A stretch of DNA of 64,000 nt from Pristiophorus japonicus (Eukaryota). The translations under genes and the position numbers were made by a program. This document shows positions 22,650 through 35,000 of this stretch, in pieces. Every line of letters begins with the position of its first letter. Position 1 is the first letter of the stretch. The stretch covers positions 41,354,001-41,418,000 of the forward strand of contig NC_091986.1 of assembly GCF_044704955.1 (NCBI RefSeq), read 5' to 3'. A model generated the notes under the pieces. That model was not told the origin of the DNA, ran no database searches, and saw only the letters and a program-made list of their open reading frames with translations.

Positions 22650-25600
22650 CACTTGATTCCCGGTGCACGACCCATCCACCAAAAGGCACGGGTGGTGCCA
22701 TATATGATGCGAAAGAAAGTAGAGATCGAGCTAGACAGGCTGCAACGAGAGGGCATCATCATGCCAGTTGAGTTCAACGAGTGAGCCAGTTTGATTATTC
22801 CGGTTCTCAAGGGTGATGGCCCAGTCAAAATTTGCGGGGACTATAAAGTAATGATTAACTGTTTTTTGCTGCAGGACTAGTATCCACTACCCAAGGCAGA
22901 CGACCTATTTGCGACGCTGGTAGGAGGAAAGACGTTCACCAAGATGACCTTGGCCTACATGGTGAAGGAGCTGGCGCAATCTTCGAAAGGCCTCACCTGC
23001 ATCAACACACACAAAGCTCTGTTCATCTACAATAGATGCCCGTTTGGGATTCGATCGGCCGCGGCTATTTTTCAAAGGAACAGGCAGAGTCTGCTAAAGT
23101 CGATTCCGCGCACCGTGGTTTTCCAGGACGACATACTGTTCACATCGAACACTTGCAGAACCTGGAAGAGGTTCTAAGTCAGCTCGATCATGTGGGACTC
23201 TGGTTGAAACGTTCAAAGTGTGTTTTCCTGGCACTAGAGGTCGAGTTCTTAGGGAAAAAAATCGCGGCAGATGGCATCAGACCCACCAACGCCAAACGGA
23301 GGCCATCAAGAACGTGCCGAGACTACAGAATGTGACGGAGCTGTGGTCGTTCCTGGGACTCCTCAATTATTTTGGTAATTTCCTGCCCGGGTTAAGCACC
23401 TTGCTAGAACCTCTACACGTGTTGCTACGCAAGGGAGATGACTGGGTATGGGGGAAATCACAAGAAACAGCTTTTGAGAAAACCCAAAATCTGTTATGTT
23501 ATGCTTGTCCTGTCTGATCCTTGTGATGTTTAGTGCTAGCTTGCGATGCGTCTTCGTACGGGGCCGGGTGTGTGTTACAACAAGCAAACGAATCGGGGAC
23601 ATTGCAACCGGTCACTTATACATCCAGGAGCTTGTCCAAGGCCGAAAGGGCCTACAGCATGATTGAAAAAAAAGCTCTGGCATGCGTTTACGGGGTAAAA
23701 AAAATGCATTAGTATCTGTTTGGGCTTAAGTTCGAGTTAGAAACTGACCATAAGCCGCTCATATCGCGATTATCAGAGAGCAAAGGAATCAATACCAATG
23801 CCTCTGCTCGCATCCAAAGATGGGCGCTCATGCTGTCTGCATATAACTATGTAATTTGCCACAGACCAGGCACAGAGAACTGCGCTGATGCCCTCAGTCG
23901 GCTACCATTGCCCACCAACAGGGTGGAAATGGCACAGCCTGCAGACTTGCTCTTGGTGATGGATGCAGTTGAAAATGAAAAGTCACCCGTTACGGCCCGC
24001 CAGACCAGGACCTGGACCAGCCAGGACCCTTTACTGTCCCTTGTAAAAAACTGTGTCCTCTATGGGAGCTGGTCCAGCATCCCAACGGAGATGCATGAAG
24101 AGATCAAGCCGTTCCAGCAGCGTAAAGATGAAATGTCTGTTAAGTCCTGACTCTAATGTACTGACTTACACGAGACACATGCTGAAGTCAAGGTCACTCA
24201 GGACCTGCACCTTTAATTCCAACTCTCCAGTGCTGCACTTGCCTGAGACCTCCCTTTATATACCTCAGTGGGACAGGTATGGAGTGTCTCTTGCAAGTGC
24301 ATCCTTGGTGGTAAGGTATGCTTATTGTTACAGGTCATATCCCATTACAGTCATGTATAGCATGGTAAGATACTGTTATATACAGTAATGTGAGATACAT
24401 GACATCACCCTCCACCAAGGTCTTATTGCCTTTATAGATTCAGTCTCTCAGGTGGTCTGCGCTCTCATGTGGAGCGTCTTAGTTGTGGTTCAGTTGTTTG
24501 CCTTGGTGCCTGTTTTTTGTTCTGTATGATTGCTGATATCTCGCCTGGGCTGTCCATTTCATTCGGTGTGATTGCTGGTATCGCGCCTGGGCTGTCTGTT
24601 GAGACTGCCCTTTCCTCAGGTTGTTCCACCTGTCTGTCCACCAGGTGTGGTGTGAGTTCCACATTGTAGTCTGCCTCTGGTTCTTCAGTGTTGTCAGTGA
24701 ATCTACTTTTTACTTGGTCTACATGCCTCCGGCAGGTTTGGCCATTCTCCATTTGTACAACCAGTAGCCTGTTTCCCTCTTTGTCTCTTACTGTCCCTGC
24801 AAGCCATTTGGGACCCTGGCCATAGTTTAGCACAAACACTTTGTCCCCTATCTCATTCCACCTCCCCCTCGAATTTCGGTCATGGTGCTCAGTTAGCTTT
24901 TGATGCTTAGCCTCAACAATTTCATGCATGTCTGGGAGGATTAACGAGAGCCTGGTCTTTAAGGTTCATTTCATCAATAGTTGCGCGGGGGGAACCCCAG
25001 TCAACGAATGCGCCAGCATCAGTCGCGACAGGTGGCCCTGCAGCGTGGGACCTTGGATTCTGAGCATGCCTTGTTTAATGATCTGCACTGCTCGCTCCAC
25101 CTGGCCATTGGAGGCCGGCTTGAAAGGTGCCGTCTTAACGTGATTTATACCGTGGTCAACTATAAAATCATGAAATTCTGCGCTGGTGAAGCACGGACCA
25201 TTATCACTGACCAATATGTCAGGAATGCCATGCGTTGCAAACATGGTTCTAAGACTCTCCACAGTGGTGGACGTGGTACTCGAGTTTAAAATGGTGCACT
25301 CGATCCATTTTGAAAATGCATCAACGACTACGAGGAACATTTTGCCCATGAATGGGCCCGCATAGTCTACATGTGCCCACGACCACGGTTTGGTGGGCCA
25401 GGGCCAGGGGCTTAGGGGGGCCTCCCTGGGGGCATTACTGAGTTGGGCACAAATGGTGCACCGATGGACGCAGAGCTCCAAGTCCGCATCAATGCCAGGC
25501 CACCAGACATGAGATCTGGCTATGGCCTTCATAAGGACGATCCCCGGGTGCTCCAGATGGAGCTGCCGGACAAACGCCTCCCTGCCTCGTAAGGGCATAA

Positions 25601-27430
25601 CTACTTGGCTGCCCTACATCAGGCAGTCTGCTTGTAGTGAGAGTTCATGCATGCGCCTATGGAAGGGTTTGACCTCCTCGGGGCAGGCATCGCGAGCCTC
25701 TGTCCAGTCACCGGTTAAAACACATCTTGTAACCAGAGATAATGTGGGGTCGCTGGTCGTCCAGGCTCTGATTTGGTGAGCCGTCATGGGCGAACCTGTG
25801 GATTCAAAGGCATTGATTGCCATGACCATCTCACAGTCCTGTTCGTCGGACCCTTCTGTGGTCGCCAGGGGTAGCCTGCTAAGCGCGTCGGCACAGTTGT
25901 CTGTGCCTGGTCTGTGCCTTATCGTGTAGTCGTAAGCCGCCAGCTATGAGTGCCCACCGCTGATTGTACGCCGAGGCGTTGCCGTTGATTACCTTGCACT
26001 CAGATAGTAGGGACATGAGGGGTTTGTGGTCGGTTTCTATCGCAAACTTGGCCCCGAAAAGGTATTGGTGCATCTTTTTGACACCGTACACGCAGGCGAG
26101 CGCCTCCTTCTCAACCATACCGTACCCGCACTCCGCCCGCAAAATTGACCTGGAGGCATAAGCAACGGGTTTCAATTTACCCGCATCATTGACGTGCTGT
26201 AAAATGCACCCGACCCCGTACGCTGACGCATCACACGTAAGGACTAACTTTTTACCTGGGTCAAAAAAGGCTAAAACATCTTGGAACATAGAAGGTTGTG
26301 TGCCTTATTGAAGGCGCGTTCTTGGGCGTCCCCCCAAAACCAATTGCACCCCTTTCTGAGTAGCACGTGGAGAGGCTCCAGCAGCGTGCTCAAGTTCTGC
26401 ATAAAGTTCCCAAAGTAATTGAGTAGCCCGAGAAAGGCGCGCAGTTCAGAGACATTCCGGGGCCTGGGTGCCAAGCGAAACGCTTAGGTTTTAGATTCGG
26501 TTGGGCGGATTCCATCAGCGGCAATCCTTCTGCCCAAAAATTCAACCTCAGGCGCGAGAAACAGACACTTGGATTTCTTAGCTCTTAGGCCTACCCGATC
26601 CAATCGACTTAGTACTTCCTCAAGATTGCGGAGATGAGAGTCGTTGGCCCTGCCCGTGATGAGTATGTCATCTTGAAACACAACCGTCCCCGGGATGGAC
26701 TTGAGCAGACTCTCCATGTTGCGCTAAAATATAGCAGCTGTCGACCTGATGCCGAATGGGCATCGATTGTACACAAAAAGGCCTCGATGTGTGTTGATGG
26801 TGGTGAGTAGCTTAGACTCTTCGGTCAGTTCTTGCGTCATCTACGCAGATGTGAGATCTAGTTTCGAGAAAAGTTTTCCTCCAGCCAATGTGGCAAATAG
26901 GTCCTCCGCTCTGGACAGCGGGTATTGGTCCTGTGGGGAGACTCTGTTTATGGTAGACTTGTAATCCCCACAGATTCGCACGGATCCATTAGGCTTCATG
27001 ACGGGGACGATGGGGCTTGCCCAGTCGCTGAATTCCACGGGAGAAATTATGCCTTCCCGCAGAAGCCGGTCCAGTTCGTTTTCAATCTTTTCCCTCATCA
27101 CATAAGGCACAACTCTCGCCTTGTGATGGACCGGTCTGGCATTCTGTGTGATGTAGATTCTAACTTTAGCCCCTTTGAAGGTGCCCACACCTGGCTGAAA
27201 GAGATGTTCAACTCAGCTTAGAACTGTTGAGCAGGAGGTCCATTCCTCTGACATCATGGCATGAACATCATCCCATTTCCAATTAAGTTCTGCTAGCCAG
27301 CTTCTCCCCAACAGGGCTGGGAGATCCCCGGGGACAATCCACAGGGAAAGTCGGTGCACCATCCCTTTGTGTGTGACTGAGAGCATGGTGCTGCCAAGGA
27401 CTGGGATGATTTCTTTAGTATAGATCCTTA

Positions 27431-27886
27431 GTCGGCGGCAGTCGGGAGCAGCATCGAGGAGTTGCGTGGAGAGGCCTATAAAAGGCACAGCAGGGAGTCC
27501 GGGGCCCAGCGTCGGCGGCAGTCGGGAGCAGCGTCGAGGAGGTGCGTGGAGAGGCCTATAAAAGGCACAGCAGGGAGTCCGGGGCCCAGCGTCGGCGGCA
27601 GTCGGGAGCAGCGTCGAGGAGGTGCGTGGAGAGGCCTATAAAAGGCACAGCAGGGAGTCCGGGGCCCAGTGTCGGCGGCAGTCGGGAGCAGCGTCGAGGA
27701 GGTGCGTGGAGAGGCCTATAAAAGGCACAGCAGGGAGTCCGGGGCCCAGCGTCGGCGGCAGTCGGGAGCAGCGTCGAGGAGGTGCGTGGTGAGGCCTATA
27801 AAAGGCACAGCAGGGAGTCCGGGGCCCAGCGTCGGCGGCAGTCGGGAGCAGCGTCGAGGAGGTGCGTGGAGAGGCCTATAAAAGGC
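27431..27886 (+). repeat. Tandem array of about 5.7 copies of an 80-bp GC-rich monomer, each with a TATAAAAG box (CR1 5' UTR)
   Basis: GTCGGCGGCAGTCGGGAGCAGC starts at 27431, 27511, 27591, 27671, 27751 and 27831. Confidence 0.97.
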
Positions 27887-28071
27887 GTGACTTGTGCAGC
27901 TACAGGGAGAAGGCAAAAAAGAAGTAGAAAGAAATCTAAAGGTGACGTCACAGCCAAGAGGGTAAGTGATTGGCTGGTGATTGGTGAGTAGTTTTTCTTT
28001 TTTCTCTTCTATAACAGTGAGTAACTTTTAACATTGTTATTGCCAATTTAAGTGTATCTAAGGGTTAAGTC

Positions 28072-29019
28072 ATGGCAGGAGAGCTCGGTCGGGTGTTATG
28101 CTCCTCTTGTACCATGTGGGAACTCAGGGACGACACCAGTGTCCCTGACGACTATATCTGCAGGAAGTGTATCCACCTCAAGCTCCTGACGGTCCGCGTT
28201 GCGGAGTTGGAGCTGAGGGTGGATTCACTCTGGAGCATCCACGATGCTGAGAATGACGTGAGTATCACGTGTAGCGAGTTGGTCGTACCGCAGGGAAAGG
28301 GTCCACAGCCAGATAGGGAATGGAAGACCAGCAGGAAGATCAGTGCAAGGAAGGTAGTGCAGGAGTCCCATGTGGTCATCCCCCTGAAAAACAGATACAC
28401 TGCTTTGGGTACTGTTGAGGGGGATGACTCATCGGGGGAGGGCAGCAGCAGCCAAGTTCATGGCACCATGGCTGGCACTGCTGCACAGGAGGGCAGGAAA
28501 AAAAGTGGGAGAGCAATAGTGATTGGGGATTCAACGGTGAGGGGAATAGATAGGCGTTTCTGCGGCCGCAACCGAGACTCCAGGATGGTATGTTGCCTCC
28601 CTTGTGCAAGGGTCAAGGATGTCTCGGAGCGGGTGCAGGACATTCTAAAAAGGGAGGGAGAACAGCCAGTTGTCGTGGTGCACATTGGTACCAACGACAT
28701 AGGTAAAAAAAGGGATGAGGTCCTACGAAACGAATTTAAGGAGCTAGGAGCTAAATTAAAAAGTAGGACCTCAAAAGTAGTAATCTCAGGATTGCTACCA
28801 GTGCCACGTGATAGTCAGAGTAGGAATCGCAGGATAGCGCAGATGAATACGTGGCTTGAGCAGTGGTGCAGCAGGGAGGAATTCAAATTCCTGGGGCATT
28901 GGAACCGGTTCTGGGGGAGTTGGGACCAGTACAAACCGGACGGTCTGCACCTGGGCAGGACCGGAACCAATGTCCATGGGGGAGTGTTTACTAGTGCTGT
29001 TGGGGAGGATTTAAACTAA
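28072..29019 (+). CDS. CR1 ORF1p (zinc finger/leucine zipper plus SGNH esterase), intact, 315 aa
   Basis: CSSC..CRKC, heptad leucines, GDS, HIGTND and DGLH motifs. Confidence 0.92.
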   Translation: MAGELGRVLCSSCTMWELRDDTSVPDDYICRKCIHLKLLTVRVAELELRVDSLWSIHDAENDVSITCSELVVPQGKGPQPDREWKTSRKISARKVVQESHVVIPLKNRYTALGTVEGDDSSGEGSSSQVHGTMAGTAAQEGRKKSGRAIVIGDSTVRGIDRRFCGRNRDSRMVCCLPCARVKDVSERVQDILKREGEQPVVVVHIGTNDIGKKRDEVLRNEFKELGAKLKSRTSKVVISGLLPVPRDSQSRNRRIAQMNTWLEQWCSREEFKFLGHWNRFWGSWDQYKPDGLHLGRTGTNVHGGVFTSAVGEDLN

Positions 29020-29096
29020 TATGGCAGGGGGATGGGAACCAATGCAGGGAGACAGAGGGAAACAAAAAGGAGACAAAAGCAAAAGACAGAAAGGAG

Positions 29097-32003
29097 ATGA
29101 GGAAAAGTGGAGGGCACAGAAACCCAAGGCAAAGAACAAAAAGGGCCACTGTACAGCAAAATTCTAAAAGGACAAAGGGTGTTAAAAAAACAAGCCTGAA
29201 GGCTTTGTGTCTTAATGCAAGGAGTATCCGCAATAAGGTGGATGAATTAACTGTGCAAATAGATGTTAACAAATATGATGTGATTGGGATTACGGAGACG
29301 TGGCTCCAGGATGATCAGGGCTGGGAACTCAACATCCAGGGGTATTCAACATTCAGGAAAGATAGAATAAAAGGAAAAGGAGGTGGGGTAGCATTGCTGG
29401 TTAAGGAGCAAATTAAGGCAATAGTTTGGAAGGACATTAGCTTGGATGATGTGGAATCTATATGGGTAGAGCTGCAGAATACCAAAGGGCAAAAAACGTT
29501 AGTGGGAGTTGTGTACTGACCTCCAAACAGTAGTAGTGATGTTGGGGAGGGCATCAAACATGAAATTAGGGGTGCGTGCAATAAAGGTGCAGCAGTTATA
29601 ATGGGTGACTTTAATATGCACATAGATTGGGTTAACCAAACTGGAAGCAATACGGTGGAGGAGGATTTCCTAGAGTGCATAAAGGATGGTTTTTTAGACC
29701 AATATGTCGAGGAACCAACTAGGGGGGAGGCCATCTTAGACTGGGTGTTGTGTAATGAGAGAGGATTAATTAACAATCTCGTTGTGCGAGGCCCCTTGGG
29801 GAAGAGTGACCATAATATGGTGGAATTCTGCATTAGGATGGAGAATGAAACAGTTAATTCAGAGACCATGGTCCAGAACTTAAAGAAGGGTAACTTTGAA
29901 GGTATGAGGCGTGAATTGGCTAGGATAGATTGGCGAATGATACTGAAGGGGTTCACTGTGGATGGGCAATGGCAGATATTTAGAGACCGCATGGATGAAC
30001 TACAACAATTGTACATTCCTGTCTGGCGTAAAAATAAAAAAGGGAAGGTGGCTCAACCGTGGCTATCAAGGGAAATCAGGGATAGCATTAAAGCCAAGGA
30101 AGTGGCATACAAATTGGCCAGAAATAGCAGCGAACCCGGGGACTGGGAGAAATTTAGAACTCAGCAGAGGAGGACAAAGGGTTTGATTAGGGCAGGGAAA
30201 ATGGAGTACGAGAAGAAGCTTGCAGGGAACATTAAGACGGATTGCAAAAGTTTCTATAGATATGTAAAGAGAAAAAGGTTAGTAAAGACAAACGTAGGTC
30301 CCCTGCAGTCAGAATCAGGGGAAGTCATAACGGGGAACAAAGAAATGGCGGACCAATTGAACAAGTACTTTGGTTCGGTATTCACTGAGGAGGACACAAA
30401 CAACCTTCCGGATATAAAAGGGGCCGGAGGGTCTAGTAAGGAGGAGGAACTGAGGGAAATCCTTATTAGTCGGGAAACTGTGTTGGGGAAATTGATGGGA
30501 TTGAAGGCCAATAAATCCCCAGGGCCTGATGGACTGCATCCCAGAGTACTTAAGGAGGTGGCCTTGGAAATAGTGGATGCATTGACAGTCATTTTCCAAC
30601 ATTCCATTGACTCTGGATCAGTTCCTATGGAGTGGAGGGTAGCCAATGTAACCCCACTTTTTAAAAAAGGAGGGAGAGAGAAAACAGGGAATTATAGACC
30701 GGTCAGCCTGACATCGGTAGTGGGTAAAATGATGGAATCAATTATTAAGGATGTCATAGCAGTGCATTTGGAAAGAGGTAATATGATAGGTCCAAGTCAA
30801 CATGGATTTGTGAAAGGGAAATCATGCTTGACAAATCTTCTGGAATTTTTTGAGGATGTTTCCAGTAAAGTGGACAAGGGAGAACCAGTTGATGTGGTAT
30901 ATTTGGACTTTCAGAAGGCTTTCGACAAGGTCCCACACAAGAAATTAATGTGCAAAGTTAAAGCACATGGGATTGGGGGTAGTGTGCTGACATGGATTGA
31001 GAACTGGTTGTCAGACAGGAAGCAAAGAGTAGGGGTAAATGGGGACTTTTCAGAATGGCAGGCAGTGACTAGTGGGGTACCGCAAGGTTCTGTGCTGGGG
31101 CCCCAGCTGTTTACACTGTACATTAATGATTTAGACGAGGGGATTAAATGTAGTATCTCCAAATTTGCGGATGACATTAAGTTGGGTGGCAGTGTGAGCT
31201 GCGAGGAGGATGCTATGAGGCTGCAGAGCGACTTAGATAGGTTAGGTGAGTGGACAAATGCATGGCAGATGAAGTATAATGTGGATAAATGTGAGGTTAT
31301 CCACTTTGGTGGTAAAAACAGAGAGACAGACTATTATCTGAATGGTGACAGATTAGGAAAAGGGAAGGTGCAAAGAGACCTGGGTGTCATGGTACATCAG
31401 TCATTGAAGGTTGGCATGCAGGTACGGCAGGCGGTTAAGAAAGCAAATGGCATGTTGGCCTTCATAGCGAGGGGATTTGAGTACAGGGGCAAGGAGGTGT
31501 TGCTACAATTGTACAGGGCCTTGGTGAGGCCACACCTGGAGTATTGTGTACAGTTTTGGTCTCCTAACCTGAGGAAGGACATTCTTGCTATTGAAGGAGT
31601 GCAGCGAAGGTTCACCAGACTGATTCCCGGGATGGCGGGACTGACCTATCAAGAAAGACTGGATCAACTGGGCTTGTATTCACTGGAGTTCAGAAGAATG
31701 AGAGGGGACCTCATAGAAATGTTTAAAATTCTGACGGGGTTAGACAGGTTAGATGCAGGAAGAATGTTCCCAATGTTGGGGAAGTCCAGAACCAGGGGAC
31801 ACAGTCTAAGGATAAGGGGGAAGCCATTTAGGACCGAGATGAGGAGGAATTTCTTCACCCAGAGAGTGGTGAACCTGTGGAATTCTCTACCACAGAAAGT
31901 TGTTGAGGCCAATTCACTAAATATATTCAAAAAGGAGTTAGATAAAGTCCTTACTACTAGGGGAATCAAGGGGTATGATGAGAAAGCAGGAATGGGATAC
32001 TGA
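29097..32003 (+). pseudogene. CR1 ORF2p (APE endonuclease and RT) with a single in-frame stop
   Basis: ORFs 29097-29519 and 29601-32003 share a frame. The TGA at 29517-29519 replaces the R of YRPP. Motifs NARS, TETW, GDFN, SDH and FADD are present. Confidence 0.92.
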
Positions 32004-35000
32004 AGTTGCATGTTCAGCCATGAACTCATTGAATGGCGGTGCAGGCTAGAAGGGCCGAATGGCCTACTTCTGCACCTATTTTCTATGTTTCTATGTTTCT
32101 AGTTTGGTGTCGATCTTTGTGAGTTTTGGTCTGTTGCTTTTGTGCGACCACAGCTGTTCAAATTGTTGAAGGCTCATGAGGGATTGACTGGCCCCCATGT
32201 CCATTTCCATGTTGACGGGTATCCCATTGAGTAGAACCCTCATCATAATTAGAGGCGTCTTGGTGTAAGAACAGTGGACATTGATCGTGTTAACCCGCTG
32301 TAGCTCGGCGTCCCATGCACTGTTCCAATCGTCTTCTGGTCCGCTTTCCGACCCTTCCGATTCATATACCAGCCGAGCTGCTGTTTTTCTGCACATGCGA
32401 GCCAGATGTCCTGTGTAGTTGCAGTTTCTGCAAACGGCATGCTGAAATCGACACACCCCGGTTGAGTGCCTTCCCCCACATCTCCAACACAGACCGTTTC
32501 CATTGTTTCCGAAGGATGAGCTGCGACTGGCTGATCTCCCTTGAGATTCTCTCAATCTATTGTTGATTGCTCGCATTGTGGGTTGATGAGGTGTGATCAG
32601 CCATTCATGTGGCCCTTGATTTTGATGGCTTCTGGCGGCACTGTCTGCTGTTGAAGGCCTGCTCTCCTGCCTTTGTCTGTGTGTGGGGGTAGCGGTTTGT
32701 TTCACAATGTGAACCCCTTGTTCCGATGCCTCGTTGGTTGTTGTACCCGAAGTATAGATCAGCCTCGTTTCTTCTTCGCCTGCCAAGAACGTCTGTGCGA
32801 CCAGTGCTGCTGCCTCTAGAGTCAAGTTCTTAGTCTCTATAAGCTTTCGGAATGTGCCAGCGTGGCCTATTCCTTCAATAAGAAAGTTTCTCAGTACTTC
32901 TCTCCTTAGTTCATCGGGGAACTGACATGAACTAGCCAGCCTCCGAAGTTCCGCCACGAAGTCGGGTATGCTTTGGCCCACACAGCGTCTGTAGTTGTAG
33001 AACCTGTGTCTGGCCATGTGTAGGCTGCTCGCTGGCTTCAGGTGGTCTCTCACCAGTGTGCTCAACTCCTCAAACAACTAGCTTGCTGGTTTCTCGGGTG
33101 CCAGCAGGTCTTTCATTAAAGCGTATGTTTTCGAGCCACAGCTGGTCAAAAGATGGGCTCTTCTCTTGTCTGCCTTATCGTCACCCAGCCAGTCTTTGGT
33201 CACAAAGCTTTGCTGGAGCCTTTCTATTAAGTCATCCCAATTGTCTCCAGCATAGTATTTCTCATCTGAGCTGTTGGTAGCCATTCTGTGGATTCTGTGA
33301 TCCCGTAATTCGTCGCCACTGTTAAGTCCTGATTCTAATGTACTGACTTACATGAGACACATGCTGAAGTCAAGGTCACTCAGGACCTGCACCTTTAATT
33401 CCAACTCTCCAGTGCTGCACTTGCCTGAGACCTCCCTTTATATACCTCGTGGGACAGGTATGGAGTGTCTCTTGCAAGTGCACCCCTGGTGGTAAGGTAT
33501 GCTTATTGTTACAAGTCATATCCAGTTACAGTCATGTATAGCATGGTAAGATACAGTTATATACAGTAATGTGAGATACATGACAATGTCCATACAGGCG
33601 GACTGTCTTTTGTGGGGTAATCGCGTGGTTTTACCCAAGAAAGGCAGGGAAATGTTCATACGCGACCTACACAGTACCCACCTAGGCATAGTAATGATGA
33701 AAGCTATAGCCAGATCCCATGTGTGGTGGCCCGGCATCGACTCAGATTTGGAGTCTTGCGTGCACCAATGCAACACTTGCTTTCAACTGAGCAATGTACC
33801 CAGGGAGGCACCGCTAAGTTTGTGGTCATGGCCCTCCAAACCGTGGTCTCGGATCCACGTTGACTTCGCTGGCCCGTTTCTTGGCAAAATGTTCTTGGTA
33901 GTTGTGGATGCTTATTCAAAGTGGATTGAGTGTGTAATAATGTCTGTAAGCACGTCCACTGCCACCATCGAAAACCTACGAGCCATGTTTGCCATGCACG
34001 GCCTGCCTGATGTCCTTGTCAGCGACAACGGGCCATGCTTCACCAGCGCTGAATTCAAGGAATTCATGACCTGCAATGGGATCAAGCATGTCACATCTGC
34101 CCCGTTCAAGCCCGCATCCAATGGCCAGGCAGAACGGGCAGTCCAAACCATCAAGCAAAGCTTGAAACGCATGTCAGAAGGCTCCCTGCAGACCCGAGTC
34201 CTGCTCAGCTACCGCACCAGACCCCACTCGCTCACTGGGGTTCCCCCAGCCGAGCTGCTCATGATAAGGGCATGCAAAACAAGGCTCTCTCTCGTCCACC
34301 CTGATCTCCAGGATCACGTCGAGGGCAGGCGGCATTAACAAAGCATATACCATGATCGCGCAAATTTGTCACGCGACGTGTATTTGTACTCAACTATAGA
34401 CATGGTCCCAAATGGCTTGCTGGCACTGTCATAGCCAAAGAAAGGAGTAGGTTGTTTCAGGTCAAACTCGCAAATAGACTAACTTGCAGAAAGCATTTGG
34501 ACCAAACCAAACTGCGATTCACAGACAGCCACGAGCAACCTGAAGAGGACACCACCAACTTTGACCCTCCGACACACACACAAGTGGCAACCGACATCAT
34601 GGCTGACCACGAAGCTGAACGCATCATCCCCAGCAGCCTAGCAAGACCAACTATGCAGCAGCCCAGCGAAGAACCAACCAACTCACCTGCACCTGCATTT
34701 GTACGGAGACGATCGACTAGGGAGCGCAAAGCCCCAGGTCGTCTCATCCTGTAAATAAGTTGACTTTGGAAGAGAGTGATGTTATGTATGCAACCCTATG
34801 TAACCAGCAGTCTATCGCCACCAGAGGGCATATCTGCTGGAGTCCTAACGGATCCCAGCATCCCTTGGAAGCACTGTATATAAGCAGGCCTCCCATGCTG
34901 TACCAGCACTCTGGAGTTAGAATAAAGAGACTAAGGTCACACTTACTCACGCCTACAGTACTCAATCACGTTACTTTATTCTGTACATAACACCTCCATC

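Larger units (their letters stand above)
27431..32099 (+). mobile_element. Full-length young CR1 LINE inserted in the protease region of Gypsy C
   Basis: 5' UTR array, ORF1, ORF2 and (TTCTATG)n tail. The host reading frame DTKL|RIYTKE rejoins across it. Possible TAGT TSD. Confidence 0.95.
24138..33585 (-). mobile_element. Ty3/Gypsy (Mag-like) LTR retrotransposon C
   Basis: LTRs at 33320-33585 and 24138-24404, TSD ATGTC and PBS TGGCGACGA. Gag at 33284-32100; RT, RNase H and integrase at 27425-24465, with stops and frameshifts. Confidence 0.95.
20529..34992 (+). mobile_element. Ty3/Gypsy (Mag-like) LTR retrotransposon A, degraded
   Basis: LTRs at 20529-20741 and 34780-34992 (TG..CA), TSD CCTCC, PBS TGGCGACGAG (tRNA-Ser type) and PPT GGAAGAGAG. 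Remnants of gag (2x CCHC), protease LDTGAS, RT FQDD, RNase H and integrase (33590-34760). Confidence 0.95.

Noticed and set aside
27431-27886. CRISPR-like regular array
   Set aside because: The units are wholly repeated with no unique spacers, the context is a eukaryotic LINE 5' UTR, and there are no cas genes.
29315-32029. Antisense ORFs over CR1 and Gypsy coding regions
   Set aside because: These are shadow ORFs of the sense reading frames with no independent motifs.
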